Below the pieces are notes generated by a model. That model saw only the letters and a program-made list of their open reading frames with translations, was not told the DNA's origin and searched no databases. Below are positions 39,945 through 50,932 of a DNA stretch of 64,000 nt, one piece after another (the stretch's first letter is position 1; the number at the start of each line of letters is the position of its first letter). Made by a program: the position numbers and the translations under genes. This DNA is from Promethearchaeota archaeon (GTDB taxonomy: Archaea; Asgardarchaeota; Lokiarchaeia; Sigyniarchaeales; SOKP01), in NCBI GenBank assembly GCA_030603385.1, contig JAUVXW010000007.1, positions 32,001-96,000 of the forward strand, in the 5' to 3' direction.

Positions 39945-40502
39945 ATGAGTAACAATGAATCAAGTGAAAGAACATTTTCTCAGACATATATTACTAAAAG
40001 AGTTGCAACTTCAGCTATCATGGTAGGAGTTGGTCTTGTCTTAAGTTATTTAAATCCATTTGCTTATTTCACGATATTTGGAGCAAAGATAAATCCTTTC
40101 GCTCATATTATAAATGCAATTATGGGGGTTTTAGTTGGAACAACCTTTGCATTATTTACTGCTACAGCAATAGCAGCACTCAGATTTTCATTAGCAATAG
40201 GCTCAATTCATGCTTTTCATGGAGGGATGACTGGAGCGATTGTTGTTGGAATATTCGCATATCTATTATGGAAAAAAACACCCAAATATGTAAAACTTGC
40301 TGCCCTTTCTGAACCAATTGGAACAGTCTTTATAGGGGGAACAATAGCTCAATTAATTGCACCAATAGGAGGGATTGAAGGCTTATTTACTTGGTGGGGT
40401 TTATTTGCAGCTAGCTGTATTTCTGGGAGTATTATTGGTTTTGTAATTCTCTTAGCATTAAAGAAAGCAAATATCAATAGAGAAGATTTTTTCGAAGAAT
40501 AA
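39945..40502 (+). CDS. thiW: ECF transporter S component ThiW
   Basis: PFAHIINAI.GVLVG, LRFSLAIGS..AF.G, EPIGT; adjacent to thiN. Confidence 0.85.
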   Translation: MSNNESSERTFSQTYITKRVATSAIMVGVGLVLSYLNPFAYFTIFGAKINPFAHIINAIMGVLVGTTFALFTATAIAALRFSLAIGSIHAFHGGMTGAIVVGIFAYLLWKKTPKYVKLAALSEPIGTVFIGGTIAQLIAPIGGIEGLFTWWGLFAASCISGSIIGFVILLALKKANINREDFFEE

Positions 40503-40522
40503 GACAGTGTATCTTTGATTTT

Positions 40523-41110
40523 ATGAATTTTCCTGAAAATTTAAATTTTAATGACTTCATTGGTCACCATGTGTTATTATATGGAGAAACCAACACTAAA
40601 AAGACATATTATACTTCAAAATTTATTCAATTTCTTGTAGAGTCCAAAAAAGTTTTTCCAAATGACATTAGTATCTTAGATTTTGCCCCACCATTAAGTA
40701 CGATAAATAATTTGAAGATTGGAGGAAAAATTCAAGATTTCTATGAAAATAGTATGACTTGTAAGAATATTTTATTTAATGGAGAAATTATCCCACCTCG
40801 TCTGAACTCAAGTAATAAAACTGAACTATATCAAAACGCATGCGAAAATTTTAAGAAGACGTCAGAAATCCTTCATCTTTTTAAGAAAGATCCGACACCT
40901 ATACTGATCATTAATGATATTTCTTTATATCTCCATATCGGAAATGTAAAACTATTACTAGAGGCAATCAATAAATCTAATACCTTTTTCGGAAACTCTT
41001 ATTATGGTTCATCAATAAAATGTGATTATGCCACTCTATTTAGTTTGCGAGAAAAGCGACAAGTGGAATACTTAATAAAAAAAGTAGAAAAATCTTATTT
41101 CACTGGATAA
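40523..41110 (+). CDS. Hypothetical protein with degenerate P-loop
   Basis: LLYGETNTKKT, ILDFAP, INDISLY. Confidence 0.6.
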   Translation: MNFPENLNFNDFIGHHVLLYGETNTKKTYYTSKFIQFLVESKKVFPNDISILDFAPPLSTINNLKIGGKIQDFYENSMTCKNILFNGEIIPPRLNSSNKTELYQNACENFKKTSEILHLFKKDPTPILIINDISLYLHIGNVKLLLEAINKSNTFFGNSYYGSSIKCDYATLFSLREKRQVEYLIKKVEKSYFTG

Positions 41111-41343
41111 GTTTTTTTAAATGAATTAATTTTAACAAAATAATTATATAACCAAAACTGCAGAAAAGCGCATAAAAACCATTTCTGCTTACCTATCTTA
41201 AGTTCATTATTTTAAATCACTTTTTTTAATTTCTATCTTGTGAAATTTGACCCGATCAAAAGATTTTTAAACTCTTATACAAATATGTTAATTATTTATT
41301 TGAGGATATAAATCCAACAGAATCCAATAAAGTGTGAATTAGA

Positions 41344-42537
41344 ATGTATGAATTAGATAATGATACAATAGTAGTGGTAGTTTCTGATGTACATGTTGGA
41401 GCTATGATAAATTATCATGCTATTTTTATTGAATTTTTAAAACAAGTATATCGAAATCCTAAAAACTTACAAGCGGTAATAATTTTAGGAGATTTCTTCG
41501 ATGTTATTATGGAAAGTGTCAGAGATTACTGTAAACGGTTATATTTCCCAGGACGATCTCGTGAGGGACATACGAAATCATTTATTTATATGGATGAGAA
41601 AACAAGAAATTATGATAAAATTTTTCTAGGATTGAAAAAGTTAATAGACAAGAAAATTCGAGTATTTTTTACCCTTGGGAATCATGAAATTAAAATAATT
41701 GGTAATTTAGAAAAATGGTTTTTCAAGCGAAAGAAGAAATTAGTAGAAGAATTAGAAAAATTCAACTTTAAATACACTAATATATTTAATCTGAAAAACA
41801 TATGGCAATACTTTATTTTAACCGCAGACGAGGGGAAATGGAAGCTAGGTTTTTATGATTCAAAAAAAGAAATAATTAACCAAAAGAAAGAAAATATTTA
41901 CTCTTTCGATAAAGTTCAAACACACATTGATTCATATAACTGCTTAATGACACATGGAATTCAATTTGAAACTTGGTTACGTAAATATGGGGGAGGGATA
42001 CCTTGGTATTTAGGCTTAAAATCTCCAGATGCTATTAAAGAAGTAGGAAATCTTCTCTATAATAAGGTGATTAAGTTAAGTATTAGGACAATAGATAAAG
42101 TATTCGATAGATGGCTATTTCAATCACGTAAATTTGTACAATACTTTTTAAAGATCTCACTCATCTCACCATTCCTAATTTTTCTTATGCTTTTTAACAA
42201 ATTGCTTAAGATGGTTCAAAGAAAAAGAGAAAGAATAAAAAATGAGACCTATATTACCCAAATAAAAAAAAAATTCATCCCAAAATTAGGAAAAATGGGA
42301 TATAATCGCAAATTTGATAATATAATATTTGGCCACACTCATAAAGATATAAAACTTAAAGAATATTTGAAATATAACGATAAAAGTAAACCCTGGAAAG
42401 CCACAATTGCCAATTCCGGTGCATGGCAACAAATAGACACACCTAGCTTAATTGAAATCAATGATAAAGGAGATCTCAAAGTTGTTAAATATTTATTAAA
42501 AGAAAAGGAAATCGAGTTCGAAAAAATCCTTCTCTAA
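41344..42537 (+). CDS. Calcineurin-like metallophosphoesterase (LpxH-like)
   Basis: SDVHVG, GDFFD, GNHE, THG, GHTH, NSGAW. Confidence 0.9.
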   Translation: MYELDNDTIVVVVSDVHVGAMINYHAIFIEFLKQVYRNPKNLQAVIILGDFFDVIMESVRDYCKRLYFPGRSREGHTKSFIYMDEKTRNYDKIFLGLKKLIDKKIRVFFTLGNHEIKIIGNLEKWFFKRKKKLVEELEKFNFKYTNIFNLKNIWQYFILTADEGKWKLGFYDSKKEIINQKKENIYSFDKVQTHIDSYNCLMTHGIQFETWLRKYGGGIPWYLGLKSPDAIKEVGNLLYNKVIKLSIRTIDKVFDRWLFQSRKFVQYFLKISLISPFLIFLMLFNKLLKMVQRKRERIKNETYITQIKKKFIPKLGKMGYNRKFDNIIFGHTHKDIKLKEYLKYNDKSKPWKATIANSGAWQQIDTPSLIEINDKGDLKVVKYLLKEKEIEFEKILL

Positions 42538-42706
42538 TTTTCATCAGTTATATTGAAATTTCATGGAAAAGATCTCCCTTCATACCATATTAGTATTAAT
42601 TTTAAAGCTTTAATTATCGTTGTTAATTTAGTAATATTTAAACTTAAGTTTATAATTTATGTCAAATTTAATAATCTACAATTAAATAATCAGTTTCTTG
42701 ATGAAT

Positions 42707-43366
42707 ATGAAGAAGTTAATTTTATTCGGACCACCTGGTGCTGGTAAAGGCACCTTTTCGGGCCAAATTAAAGATGTATTACCAGAAATAATTCATATAA
42801 GCACTGGAGATATCTTTAGGGAAAATTTTAAAAACGAAACACCCTTAGGACTAAAAGCTAAATCTTATATGGATAAGGGAGAGTTAGTTCCAAATGATGT
42901 AACTATTGAAATGGTTAGAGATAGATTAAATAAGAAGGATGTTGAGAAAAATGGATTTATTCTTGATGGATTTCCTCGTAATATGTCTCAGGCAAAAGCA
43001 TTAAGTGAAATTACTCAAGAAGATTTTTTTCTATTATTAGAAGTCAGCAGAGATATAATAACAAAGCGAATACTCGGAAGATTTAGCTGTAGTGAATGCA
43101 ACGAGATTTATAATAAGTATACATTACAACCTAAGGTACAAAAAGAGGAAAATAAATGGATTTGTGATAAATGCGGAGCTGAAATAGAATTTAAGCAAAG
43201 AAGCGACGATACAGAAGAAACTCTGAAAAATCGATTAGATACATATGAAAAAAATGCAAAACCTATAATTAAATACTATAAGAAAAGAGGAAAATTGAAA
43301 AAAGTGGATGCTACTGATACATTGAAGTATACTAAGGATGATATTAGAAATATAATAGGAATTTAA
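42707..43366 (+). CDS. adk: Adenylate kinase, bacterial/eukaryotic type with Zn lid
   Basis: GPPGAGKGT, HISTGDIFR, LDGFPR, CxxC..CxxC, RSDD. Confidence 0.93.
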   Translation: MKKLILFGPPGAGKGTFSGQIKDVLPEIIHISTGDIFRENFKNETPLGLKAKSYMDKGELVPNDVTIEMVRDRLNKKDVEKNGFILDGFPRNMSQAKALSEITQEDFFLLLEVSRDIITKRILGRFSCSECNEIYNKYTLQPKVQKEENKWICDKCGAEIEFKQRSDDTEETLKNRLDTYEKNAKPIIKYYKKRGKLKKVDATDTLKYTKDDIRNIIGI

Positions 43367-43400
43367 ATCAATTTTTTTACCAATTTTTTATTAGTTTATT

Positions 43401-44153
43401 ATGAAATATAATATCTGTGTGCCGATACCGATTAAATTCGCAAATATCCTCGAGTTAAAATCAATAATAGCAAAATCATTAAGATCCGATCCTAATCTAA
43501 TTGAATTAAGATATGACTATATCGATGATGTTCAACAGATAACTCAAGGTTTTTTAAACGAATTGTTGGCTAAAGTTCAACTTAAAATTCCTGTCATCTT
43601 TACGTTTAGAAATCATAAAGAAGGTGGGAAAATGAAAATTGATGAAACAATACGTTTTGAAATTTTAAAAACGCTAGTTTTATCTCATCCTAACTATCTA
43701 GATATAGAAATGAACACAGAGAAAAGAATGTTAGGTGAAATAATTAATTTAGCCAATCAAAATGACGTAAACTTAATTTTCTCATATCATAATTTTGATA
43801 AAACACCCTCTTATGAGATAGTTTCTGATCAAATCAAAAATTTTTTAGATAGATTAAGAGAAGAATATGGATTAGATTCACAAAAAATGGAAAAAATCCT
43901 TTTAAAAATGATTTTTACAGCGCAAACTTTTGAAGACAATTTAATACCTTTAAAATTATGTAAAGAAATCTCAAAAGAGAATATAAAAGTAATTTCTTTT
44001 TGCATGGGTACTTTAGGGATCTTCTCAAGAATTTTATGTGTTTTAAATGGTTCATTTTTAACTTATGGTTCTATTGATGAGAAGACGGCTCCAGGACAAA
44101 TTGATATTACAAATTTAAGAGAAGCATTAAATGTGCTTCAAAAAATTGAGTAA
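43401..44153 (+). CDS. aroD: Type I 3-dehydroquinate dehydratase
   Basis: ELRYD, TFR...EGG, SYHNF..TP, MG..G..SR, APGQ. Confidence 0.93.
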   Translation: MKYNICVPIPIKFANILELKSIIAKSLRSDPNLIELRYDYIDDVQQITQGFLNELLAKVQLKIPVIFTFRNHKEGGKMKIDETIRFEILKTLVLSHPNYLDIEMNTEKRMLGEIINLANQNDVNLIFSYHNFDKTPSYEIVSDQIKNFLDRLREEYGLDSQKMEKILLKMIFTAQTFEDNLIPLKLCKEISKENIKVISFCMGTLGIFSRILCVLNGSFLTYGSIDEKTAPGQIDITNLREALNVLQKIE

Positions 44154-44210
44154 ACTATTTTTGATTGACTATAAAATTTAAAAAAATAAGAAAACAAAAT
44201 AATTCTAATT

Positions 44211-44384
44211 TTAGTTTTTTTTAAAAAGATTACCGCAATCTCCACACTTCATTTTTCTTTTGTACACGGGAGTGCCTTGCATACTGTAGTAAAGCACGCT
44301 ATTCCTATCTGCTTCTTCATGAAGCTTGCGTGGATTTTCATTGCCACATTGAGGACATTTAACTCTTTTCCAACTTTCAGTCAT
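44211..44384 (-). CDS. Small 57-aa zinc-ribbon protein (not in ORF track)
   Basis: MTESWKRVKCPQCGNENPRKLHEE...KMKCGDCGNLF. Confidence 0.8.
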   Translation of the reverse strand: MTESWKRVKCPQCGNENPRKLHEEADRNSVLYYSMQGTPVYKRKMKCGDCGNLFKKN

Positions 44385-44448
44385 TTTAAAAAACCTTAAC
44401 CCTTTTATAAAATATTTTAAATAATTAGTAGGTTCAATAAATTTAAAT

Positions 44449-44979
44449 TTAGGTTTTTAATCGAGTTTTTGAAACAATCTCTCTAACAATTACTTCAATA
44501 TTCTTGCCGGTCGTTTCAATAATAATCTCTGCTGCCGTTTTATAATAAGATAATCGAAAATTTAGAACTTCTTCTATTTCTTTTTTAGGATCTTCCTTAT
44601 TGATAAGAGGTCTAGTTTCTTTCCCATTTTTTATAACTCTTTTATAAATTTCTTCTATTGTTGCCTCTAATAAAACAATATGACAATTTTTTTTTAAGTT
44701 TTCAATATTTATCTGATTTAAAACTACTCCGCCTCCACATGACACTATTACGTTAGTAAGATTCGAAACTTTTTTACAAGCTACAATTTCATATTCTCTG
44801 AATTTTTTCTCCCCCTCTTCTGAAAAGATTTTTGGAATTGATTTTCCTGCCATTTCGATTATGATTTGATCAGTTTCTATGAATTTATAAGCATCTCCTA
44901 AATATTCTACTAATGCTTTGCCTATAGTAGTTTTACCAGTTGCCATAAATCCAATGAGAGCAATAGAATTTTTTGTCAT
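44449..44979 (-). CDS. aroK: Shikimate kinase (bacterial-type)
   Basis: LIGFMATGKTT, GEKKFREYE, GGG, RPL. Confidence 0.93.
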   Translation of the reverse strand: MTKNSIALIGFMATGKTTIGKALVEYLGDAYKFIETDQIIIEMAGKSIPKIFSEEGEKKFREYEIVACKKVSNLTNVIVSCGGGVVLNQINIENLKKNCHIVLLEATIEEIYKRVIKNGKETRPLINKEDPKKEIEEVLNFRLSYYKTAAEIIIETTGKNIEVIVREIVSKTRLKT

Positions 44980-45031
44980 ATTTCTTCAGTTATTCTATTT
45001 AGATATATTATAAATAGGGAGATAATTCTTT

Positions 45032-45589
45032 TCATTTCTTCAATGAAAATCCATGCTTTCCAATAAATCCCTTTTCTAAACCAATATAATTACCTGATAT
45101 ATAGGCGAAAGTGTTAATTTTATCTGGATCGATATTGTCATTTTTAACGAATTTTGAATCAGAATGTACCGCAACCACTTCACCAAAATAACAAACGTGT
45201 GATCCTAGTTCTGTTCTCTGTATAACTTTGCATTCCATATTCCAAGGGAATTCTTTTACTAATGGAACTTGAACGACTGATCCTTTCTCTTTTGTCAAGT
45301 GTAACTCTTCCCATTTATTCACATCTCTCCCTGATCTTGTACCACAATAATCCATTTCTCGCATCTGGTTAATGGTCGGATAGTTAATAACAAATTCTCC
45401 ATGATTTTCTATTAATTGATAAGAATGGCGTCTAGGTTGTATAGATATTGCAATAATTGGTGGTTTTAAGCAAACTTTTCCAACATAAGCTAGAGTGATT
45501 AAATTTGCATCATCTCCAATTCCTACAGATATAACTGCTGCTGGCATAGGAAAAGCAGCGATCCCAGTACTTAATCTAATTTTATCCAT
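45032..45589 (-). CDS. Flavin reductase family protein
   Basis: GEFVIN, CGTRSGRD..K, GSH..Y.GEV. Confidence 0.9.
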   Translation of the reverse strand: MDKIRLSTGIAAFPMPAAVISVGIGDDANLITLAYVGKVCLKPPIIAISIQPRRHSYQLIENHGEFVINYPTINQMREMDYCGTRSGRDVNKWEELHLTKEKGSVVQVPLVKEFPWNMECKVIQRTELGSHVCYFGEVVAVHSDSKFVKNDNIDPDKINTFAYISGNYIGLEKGFIGKHGFSLKK

Positions 45590-45695
45590 ATTTAATACTT
45601 ACCTCACATTTCTGCTTACTATTAGCTAAATAATTATATATTACAATTTTTCTTAAACATATTATTAAATAAAATTTAAAACTTCTGCTTGCAAG

Positions 45696-46565
45696 ATGTC
45701 TGTTGGAAAAAGAATAACTTCACATACTAAGATTTTATGTGTCATAGGACACCCCGTTGAACATAGTATGTCTCCTACAATGTGGAATCCAGCTCTTCAA
45801 GAGCTTGAACTTGATTATATGTATGTAGCTTTTGATGTGCACCCAGATAGCCTTGAAAAAGCTATAAATGGCATACGATCACTAGGTATAACAGGTGTGA
45901 ATGTCACAATCCCTCATAAAAAAGCAGTTATTAAGTATATCGATGAGGTTGATCCAATTGCACTTAAAATAGGGGCTATTAATACGATTAAAAATGAAAG
46001 GGGGATTTTAAAAGCAAGAAATACTGACGCTGGTGGAGCAAAGAAATCTCTTTTAGATATAGGTTTTGATATCTCTGGAAAAGATATACTCATTCTAGGT
46101 TCAGGGGGTGTTTCTAGATCCATAGCTTATATTTTAGCAGATGAAGCCAATAAAATTGTTTTGACTGATTTAATTGAAGAAAGGGCAACATCAGTTGCTA
46201 GTGAAATCAGGGATAATATGAAAGTAGATATTGAAGGTAAATTAAACAATAGGGATAATATTGAGGAATATATAAAGAAAGCAGATATTCTTATCAATGC
46301 AACACCTATTGGAATGTATCCAAAAGTTGATGAAACCCCAATATCAAAAGATTTACTTCATGATGATCTTTTCGTATTCGATGTTATTTATAATCCTCTT
46401 GAAACCAGATTGATGAAAGAGGCAGCAGAGACGGGATGTGTCACACTAGGTGGTTTAGATATGCTCGTTAATCAAGGAATATTAGCATTTGAATGGTGGT
46501 TGAATAAAAAACCTAATAAAGATCTAATGAAGAATAAAATTATCGAATACCTTGGGTTGATATAA
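45696..46565 (+). CDS. aroE: Shikimate dehydrogenase
   Basis: GHPVEHSMSP, NVTIPHK, NTD, NATPIGM, DVIYNP. Confidence 0.95.
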   Translation: MSVGKRITSHTKILCVIGHPVEHSMSPTMWNPALQELELDYMYVAFDVHPDSLEKAINGIRSLGITGVNVTIPHKKAVIKYIDEVDPIALKIGAINTIKNERGILKARNTDAGGAKKSLLDIGFDISGKDILILGSGGVSRSIAYILADEANKIVLTDLIEERATSVASEIRDNMKVDIEGKLNNRDNIEEYIKKADILINATPIGMYPKVDETPISKDLLHDDLFVFDVIYNPLETRLMKEAAETGCVTLGGLDMLVNQGILAFEWWLNKKPNKDLMKNKIIEYLGLI

Positions 46566-47779
46566 TGGGCGAGAAGAGAAAACCTATAGTTTCAGTTGCT
46601 CGTAATATAGATATTTCAAAAGCAGTTCATGTTGCTCTTGATAAAATTGAAATTCCAAACCTCTCTGGAAAAACAGTTTTATTGAAACCAAATGTCGGTA
46701 GAGAAGTTGATCCTAAGCTAGGGATTAATACTAACCCAGAAGTCGTAGAAGCAATCTTTAATTATCTGAGAGATCGCTATGAAGCAAATTACTTAATTGG
46801 TGATTCTCCAATAATTAACACAGATACACAAAAAGCTTTTGAGCAATCAGGCTATAATAATTTATTAAAAGATGATGATCTTCAATTTATTGATTTAGAT
46901 GAGCTCACTCCGGTGAAGAAAGAGATTCCAAATGGAAAAATTCTAAAAAGCATAAGAATAACAGGCTATTGGCATGATTTTGATTATGTTATTTCTATAC
47001 CTGTGTTAAAAATGCATATGCATTGTGGAGCCTCGCTAAGTTTTAAAAATATGAAGGGACTGATATATAGAAGAGATAAAATCACCTTACACCACTTTCA
47101 AGCTCCAGAAATAATTAAAGAATTAAAAAAATCTATGAGTAAAATAAAAGAATTAGATATTGCTATAGCTGATCTTGGAAATATTATTTTTCCTGATTTG
47201 GCGATAATAGATGCTTCATACGCTCATGAAGGAATGGGGCCATCCTCAGGAAATCTTGTAAAATTAGATACTATTATAGCTTCAACTAATTCTTTAGCAG
47301 CAGATATAATTGCTCTCGCAATTTCTCAACCAGAATGGTCTCTTAAAGATGTTCCTCATTTAAAATTACTTTCAGAATTTATACTACCCTCAATTAACTC
47401 CTCTAGTGATATAAAAACAATTCCAGATGATATTAATGAATTTGTCGAACCTTTAGAACCCCCTCCAAAATCAATAACAATTAAATATAAAAATGTTAAT
47501 CTCATAGATATTGATTCTTGCTCTGCATGTTTATCAACAGTATTCAATTTATTGAAACATAATAAAGAATTTATTGATGAACATTATACTTCTGAAAAAC
47601 CTTTGAATTTAGCAATAGGAAATGGGATTAAAAAATCAGATCTTTATTCAGATACTTATCTTATTGGAAATTGTACATCAAATCAAAAAGAAAATGGGAC
47701 CTTTATACAAGGATGTACTCCTGTTGAATCAACAATCTTAAAAATGATTAAAGAAAAGTTAATGTCAGATCCTAAATAA
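46565..47779 (+). CDS. DUF362 Fe-S protein
   Basis: LLKPN, PVLKMH, SFKNMKG, EGMGP, CSAC, GNCT, GCTP. Confidence 0.88.
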   Translation: MGEKRKPIVSVARNIDISKAVHVALDKIEIPNLSGKTVLLKPNVGREVDPKLGINTNPEVVEAIFNYLRDRYEANYLIGDSPIINTDTQKAFEQSGYNNLLKDDDLQFIDLDELTPVKKEIPNGKILKSIRITGYWHDFDYVISIPVLKMHMHCGASLSFKNMKGLIYRRDKITLHHFQAPEIIKELKKSMSKIKELDIAIADLGNIIFPDLAIIDASYAHEGMGPSSGNLVKLDTIIASTNSLAADIIALAISQPEWSLKDVPHLKLLSEFILPSINSSSDIKTIPDDINEFVEPLEPPPKSITIKYKNVNLIDIDSCSACLSTVFNLLKHNKEFIDEHYTSEKPLNLAIGNGIKKSDLYSDTYLIGNCTSNQKENGTFIQGCTPVESTILKMIKEKLMSDPK

Positions 47780-47929
47780 ACTGATTATTAAGAACAAAGA
47801 TTTACATGGTTTTAAAAAGTTTTTCGCTGAAGGATTAGAATACTCTAAAGAAGTTGACTATTTCTATAATTTTTATAAATATTTCAATCAATTTGTCAAA
47901 ATATTAAAAGAAGAAAAAGAAATTTAAAA

Positions 47930-48298
47930 TTATTCGGTACTAGTTCCACATAGAGGACAAAATCGAGCGGCTTCTCTTTGATTCAACTCAACCCCACAGT
48001 TATAACAGAATTTTGCTTTTTCCCCAACTTGTTGAGTTACTAAGACAGTTTTCTGATTCTGATTTTGGTTGGATGTAGTAATTAATTGATAATTTGAACT
48101 TGGATGAATATTATTTTGAGAATAGCAGACAGAATTACAATGAATACAACGAGGTCTCTTCTCTCTATCTAAATATATCGCAACATAAATTAATAAGCCA
48201 ATACCACCTGTAAATATAGCTAAGAAAATTGCTATTGCAACATTGAACTCCATCTTTTTTGTCTCTACATTCTTATTACATTGAGTACAATACATCAT
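47930..48298 (-). CDS. LITAF-like CxxC-hydrophobic-CxxC plus zinc-ribbon protein
   Basis: CTQC, hydrophobic hairpin, CIHC; C-terminal CYNCG/CPLCG. Confidence 0.7.
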   Translation of the reverse strand: MMYCTQCNKNVETKKMEFNVAIAIFLAIFTGGIGLLIYVAIYLDREKRPRCIHCNSVCYSQNNIHPSSNYQLITTSNQNQNQKTVLVTQQVGEKAKFCYNCGVELNQREAARFCPLCGTSTE

Positions 48299-48312
48299 TT
48301 ATCTTATCTCCA

Positions 48313-48365
48313 AATTTTTTTAGTTCTTTAATGATCTCTAATTTTTTTAGTTCTTTAATGATCTC
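48313..48365. repeat. Tandem direct repeat, 26 nt x2
   Basis: aatttttttagttctttaatgatctc at 48313-48338 and 48340-48365. Confidence 0.9.
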
Positions 48366-48438
48366 GAGACCAATTTTTGATAGGAATAAAATGCGAAATT
48401 AAATTAGAAAGGAGAATTTATCTATAGCTTAGATAAAT

Positions 48439-48822
48439 TTATTCTTCTGTAATTTTACTACCACAATTTGGACAAAATTTTGTTCCAGATTCTAATTTTT
48501 CTCCACATAATGGGCAAAAATTTGGCATTACTCCCTTTATTTCCTCAGATATGTTTCCTGGCGTAGGAGATAATGTAGATTGAGTTTGTATTTGAGGTTT
48601 ATATGCATATGATTTCTGAGATTGTGAGATTGTAATCTGAGTACCGCAATGTGCACACCTGTCTTCTTTTTTACTATAATACACAGCTAGATAAATAATT
48701 AAACCGATGCCTGCTGTAAAAATTAATAATATTATTGCTAAACATGCATCAAAATCTTTACGGGTTAACAAAACATTTTGGTTACATCTTGGACAAAATC
48801 CTGTTGGATTACTAGTCGGCAT
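48439..48822 (-). CDS. LITAF-like plus zinc-ribbon protein (paralog)
   Basis: CPRC, IFTAGIGLIIY, CAHC; C-terminal CPLCG/CPNCG; ATG 48822 preferred. Confidence 0.7.
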   Translation of the reverse strand: MPTSNPTGFCPRCNQNVLLTRKDFDACLAIILLIFTAGIGLIIYLAVYYSKKEDRCAHCGTQITISQSQKSYAYKPQIQTQSTLSPTPGNISEEIKGVMPNFCPLCGEKLESGTKFCPNCGSKITEE

Positions 48823-49034
48823 TTTAAAAATTAATATTTTATTTTCTTTAGAAATATTCAATATTTTTAATGTTTTTGGAACTGCTTTATTCTTTATTTA
48901 CAGTACAATGCTTTAGTTTGTTAAAAAATTAATAATCTAAGTTAATTAAGATTAAAACCAATAAGTCCTTATTGATTATTTAATTATTAGATTCATTTAA
49001 AATATCAATTGAAAACTATATATCTTAAATTATT

Positions 49035-49643
49035 TTGACGAAAAAACCCCTCTTCATCGTTTTAGATGGTATCGATGGTTGTGGTAGCACCACCCACAGT
49101 CAACTTCTTGCAGCATTTTTAGAGTATAAAAAAGATTTCAAAGTTCATTTAACCCATGAACCATCTAAAAGCGATATAGGAAAATTATTGAGAAAATTCT
49201 TGAAAAATGAGGAAATTCCCCCTACAACAGACGCGTTATTGTTTGCCGCAGACAGGGATCTTCATTACCATAACGAAATTAAGAAAAGACTTGATGATGG
49301 ATACATTGTAATCTCTGATCGTTATATAGAATCATCTATAATATACCAATCTATTCAATCTGATAGGATATCCATTGAGTGGATAAAACAGTTGAATAAA
49401 TTTATAGGGCATCCTGATTTAACAATAATTTTAGATATTGAGGCTAAAACTGCTTTAGCTCGGAAAAAAGAAAAAGATTTAGAGAAATTTGAAGATACTT
49501 CCTTTTTAGTTAAGGTGAGAAATCTTTATCTTTCTCGAGCCAAACAAGAAGGATATCATATAATTAGCTCAGATGATATTATCGAATTTGTCCAAGAAAA
49601 GATACAAAAAACGGTTTTGGACAAATTAAATACGCAAAATTAA
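49035..49643 (+). CDS. tmk: Thymidylate kinase
   Basis: DGIDGCGSTT, LLFAADR, DRYIESSIIYQ. Confidence 0.93.
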   Translation: MTKKPLFIVLDGIDGCGSTTHSQLLAAFLEYKKDFKVHLTHEPSKSDIGKLLRKFLKNEEIPPTTDALLFAADRDLHYHNEIKKRLDDGYIVISDRYIESSIIYQSIQSDRISIEWIKQLNKFIGHPDLTIILDIEAKTALARKKEKDLEKFEDTSFLVKVRNLYLSRAKQEGYHIISSDDIIEFVQEKIQKTVLDKLNTQN

Positions 49644-49669
49644 AATTTAAAATAATAAAACATAAATGA

Positions 49670-50932
49670 ATGATGAGTTATACAATTGCAGAAAAAATAT
49701 TATTAAACCATTCAAACCTTAAAAAAGTTATTCCAGGACAATTTATTGAATGTGAAATTGATTTAATAATGGTTCACGAGCAATTAGGAGGAAGAATTCA
49801 CAAAGAGTATGAAAAATTAGATATAGATTATGTGTGGGATCCGAATAAAATCTTTTTTATACTAGATCACTGGGTTCCTGCCCCTACAATTTCTGCGGCA
49901 GAAATGCATCAAGATTGTCGAATATTTGCTAAAAAATATAAATTTATACATAATATTGGGATGAATAGAGGAATTTGTCACCAAGTTTTACCAGAAATGG
50001 GATTCTCTAGACCTGGAATGCTAATAGTGGGTTCTGATAGTCATACAACTACATATGGGGCTTTTAATTGCTTATCTACGGGCATTGGTGCTACTGACGT
50101 ATCAGTCGTATTCGCAACAGGAAATCTATGGTTTAAAGTGCCAGAATCTTTTAAAATAAACCTTAAAGGCATGTTAAATAAAGGTATAATGTCGAAAGAT
50201 TTTATATTGAAATTAATAGGCGATTTAACTACTAAAGGTGCAATTTATAAATCTTTAGAGTTTCACGGTGATGGTGTAAAGAATATTTCTATAGATGGAA
50301 GGATGACTATCACAAATATGGTAGTAGAAGCAGGAGCTAAATTTGGAGTATTTTTACCAGATGATAAATTAACGAAGTGGTTAGAAGAAAGAACCGACAT
50401 ACCCTATAAGTACGTATATCCTGATAGAGATGCAGATTATGAAAAAGAATTTAACTATAATCTTTCAGAGATTACTCCTGTTGTTGCAAAACCTTCTAAT
50501 CCCGGTAATATAGCCAACGTTGAGGAAGAAGTGGGTATTGAGATTGATCAAGCATTTTTAGGTAGTTGTACTAATGGAAGAATGGAAGATTTCCGTATAG
50601 CTGCGAAAATTCTCAAAGGAAAAAAGATTGATCCAAACACACGATTAATTATAATCCCGGCTTCTACGGATATATATAAAGAAGCTTTAAAGGAAGGATT
50701 GATTGAAATTTTCATAAACGCTGGGGCGATAGTTGGACATTCTACTTGTGGACCATGTATAGGTGGTCATATGGGGGTATTAGGCCCTGACGAAGTTTGT
50801 ATAAGTAGTTCAAATCGTAATTTTGTGGGAAGAATGGGGGCCCCTAGCGCTCAAATTTATTTGGCTTCTCCTGCTACTGTTGCTGCTTCTGCTATAAATG
50901 GAAAAATAACAGATCCAAGGGAGGTATTGTAA
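49670..50932 (+). CDS. 3-isopropylmalate dehydratase/homoaconitase large subunit
   Basis: DSHTTTYGA, GSCTNGR, CGPC.G, NRNF.GRMG. Confidence 0.93.
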   Translation: MMSYTIAEKILLNHSNLKKVIPGQFIECEIDLIMVHEQLGGRIHKEYEKLDIDYVWDPNKIFFILDHWVPAPTISAAEMHQDCRIFAKKYKFIHNIGMNRGICHQVLPEMGFSRPGMLIVGSDSHTTTYGAFNCLSTGIGATDVSVVFATGNLWFKVPESFKINLKGMLNKGIMSKDFILKLIGDLTTKGAIYKSLEFHGDGVKNISIDGRMTITNMVVEAGAKFGVFLPDDKLTKWLEERTDIPYKYVYPDRDADYEKEFNYNLSEITPVVAKPSNPGNIANVEEEVGIEIDQAFLGSCTNGRMEDFRIAAKILKGKKIDPNTRLIIIPASTDIYKEALKEGLIEIFINAGAIVGHSTCGPCIGGHMGVLGPDEVCISSSNRNFVGRMGAPSAQIYLASPATVAASAINGKITDPREVL

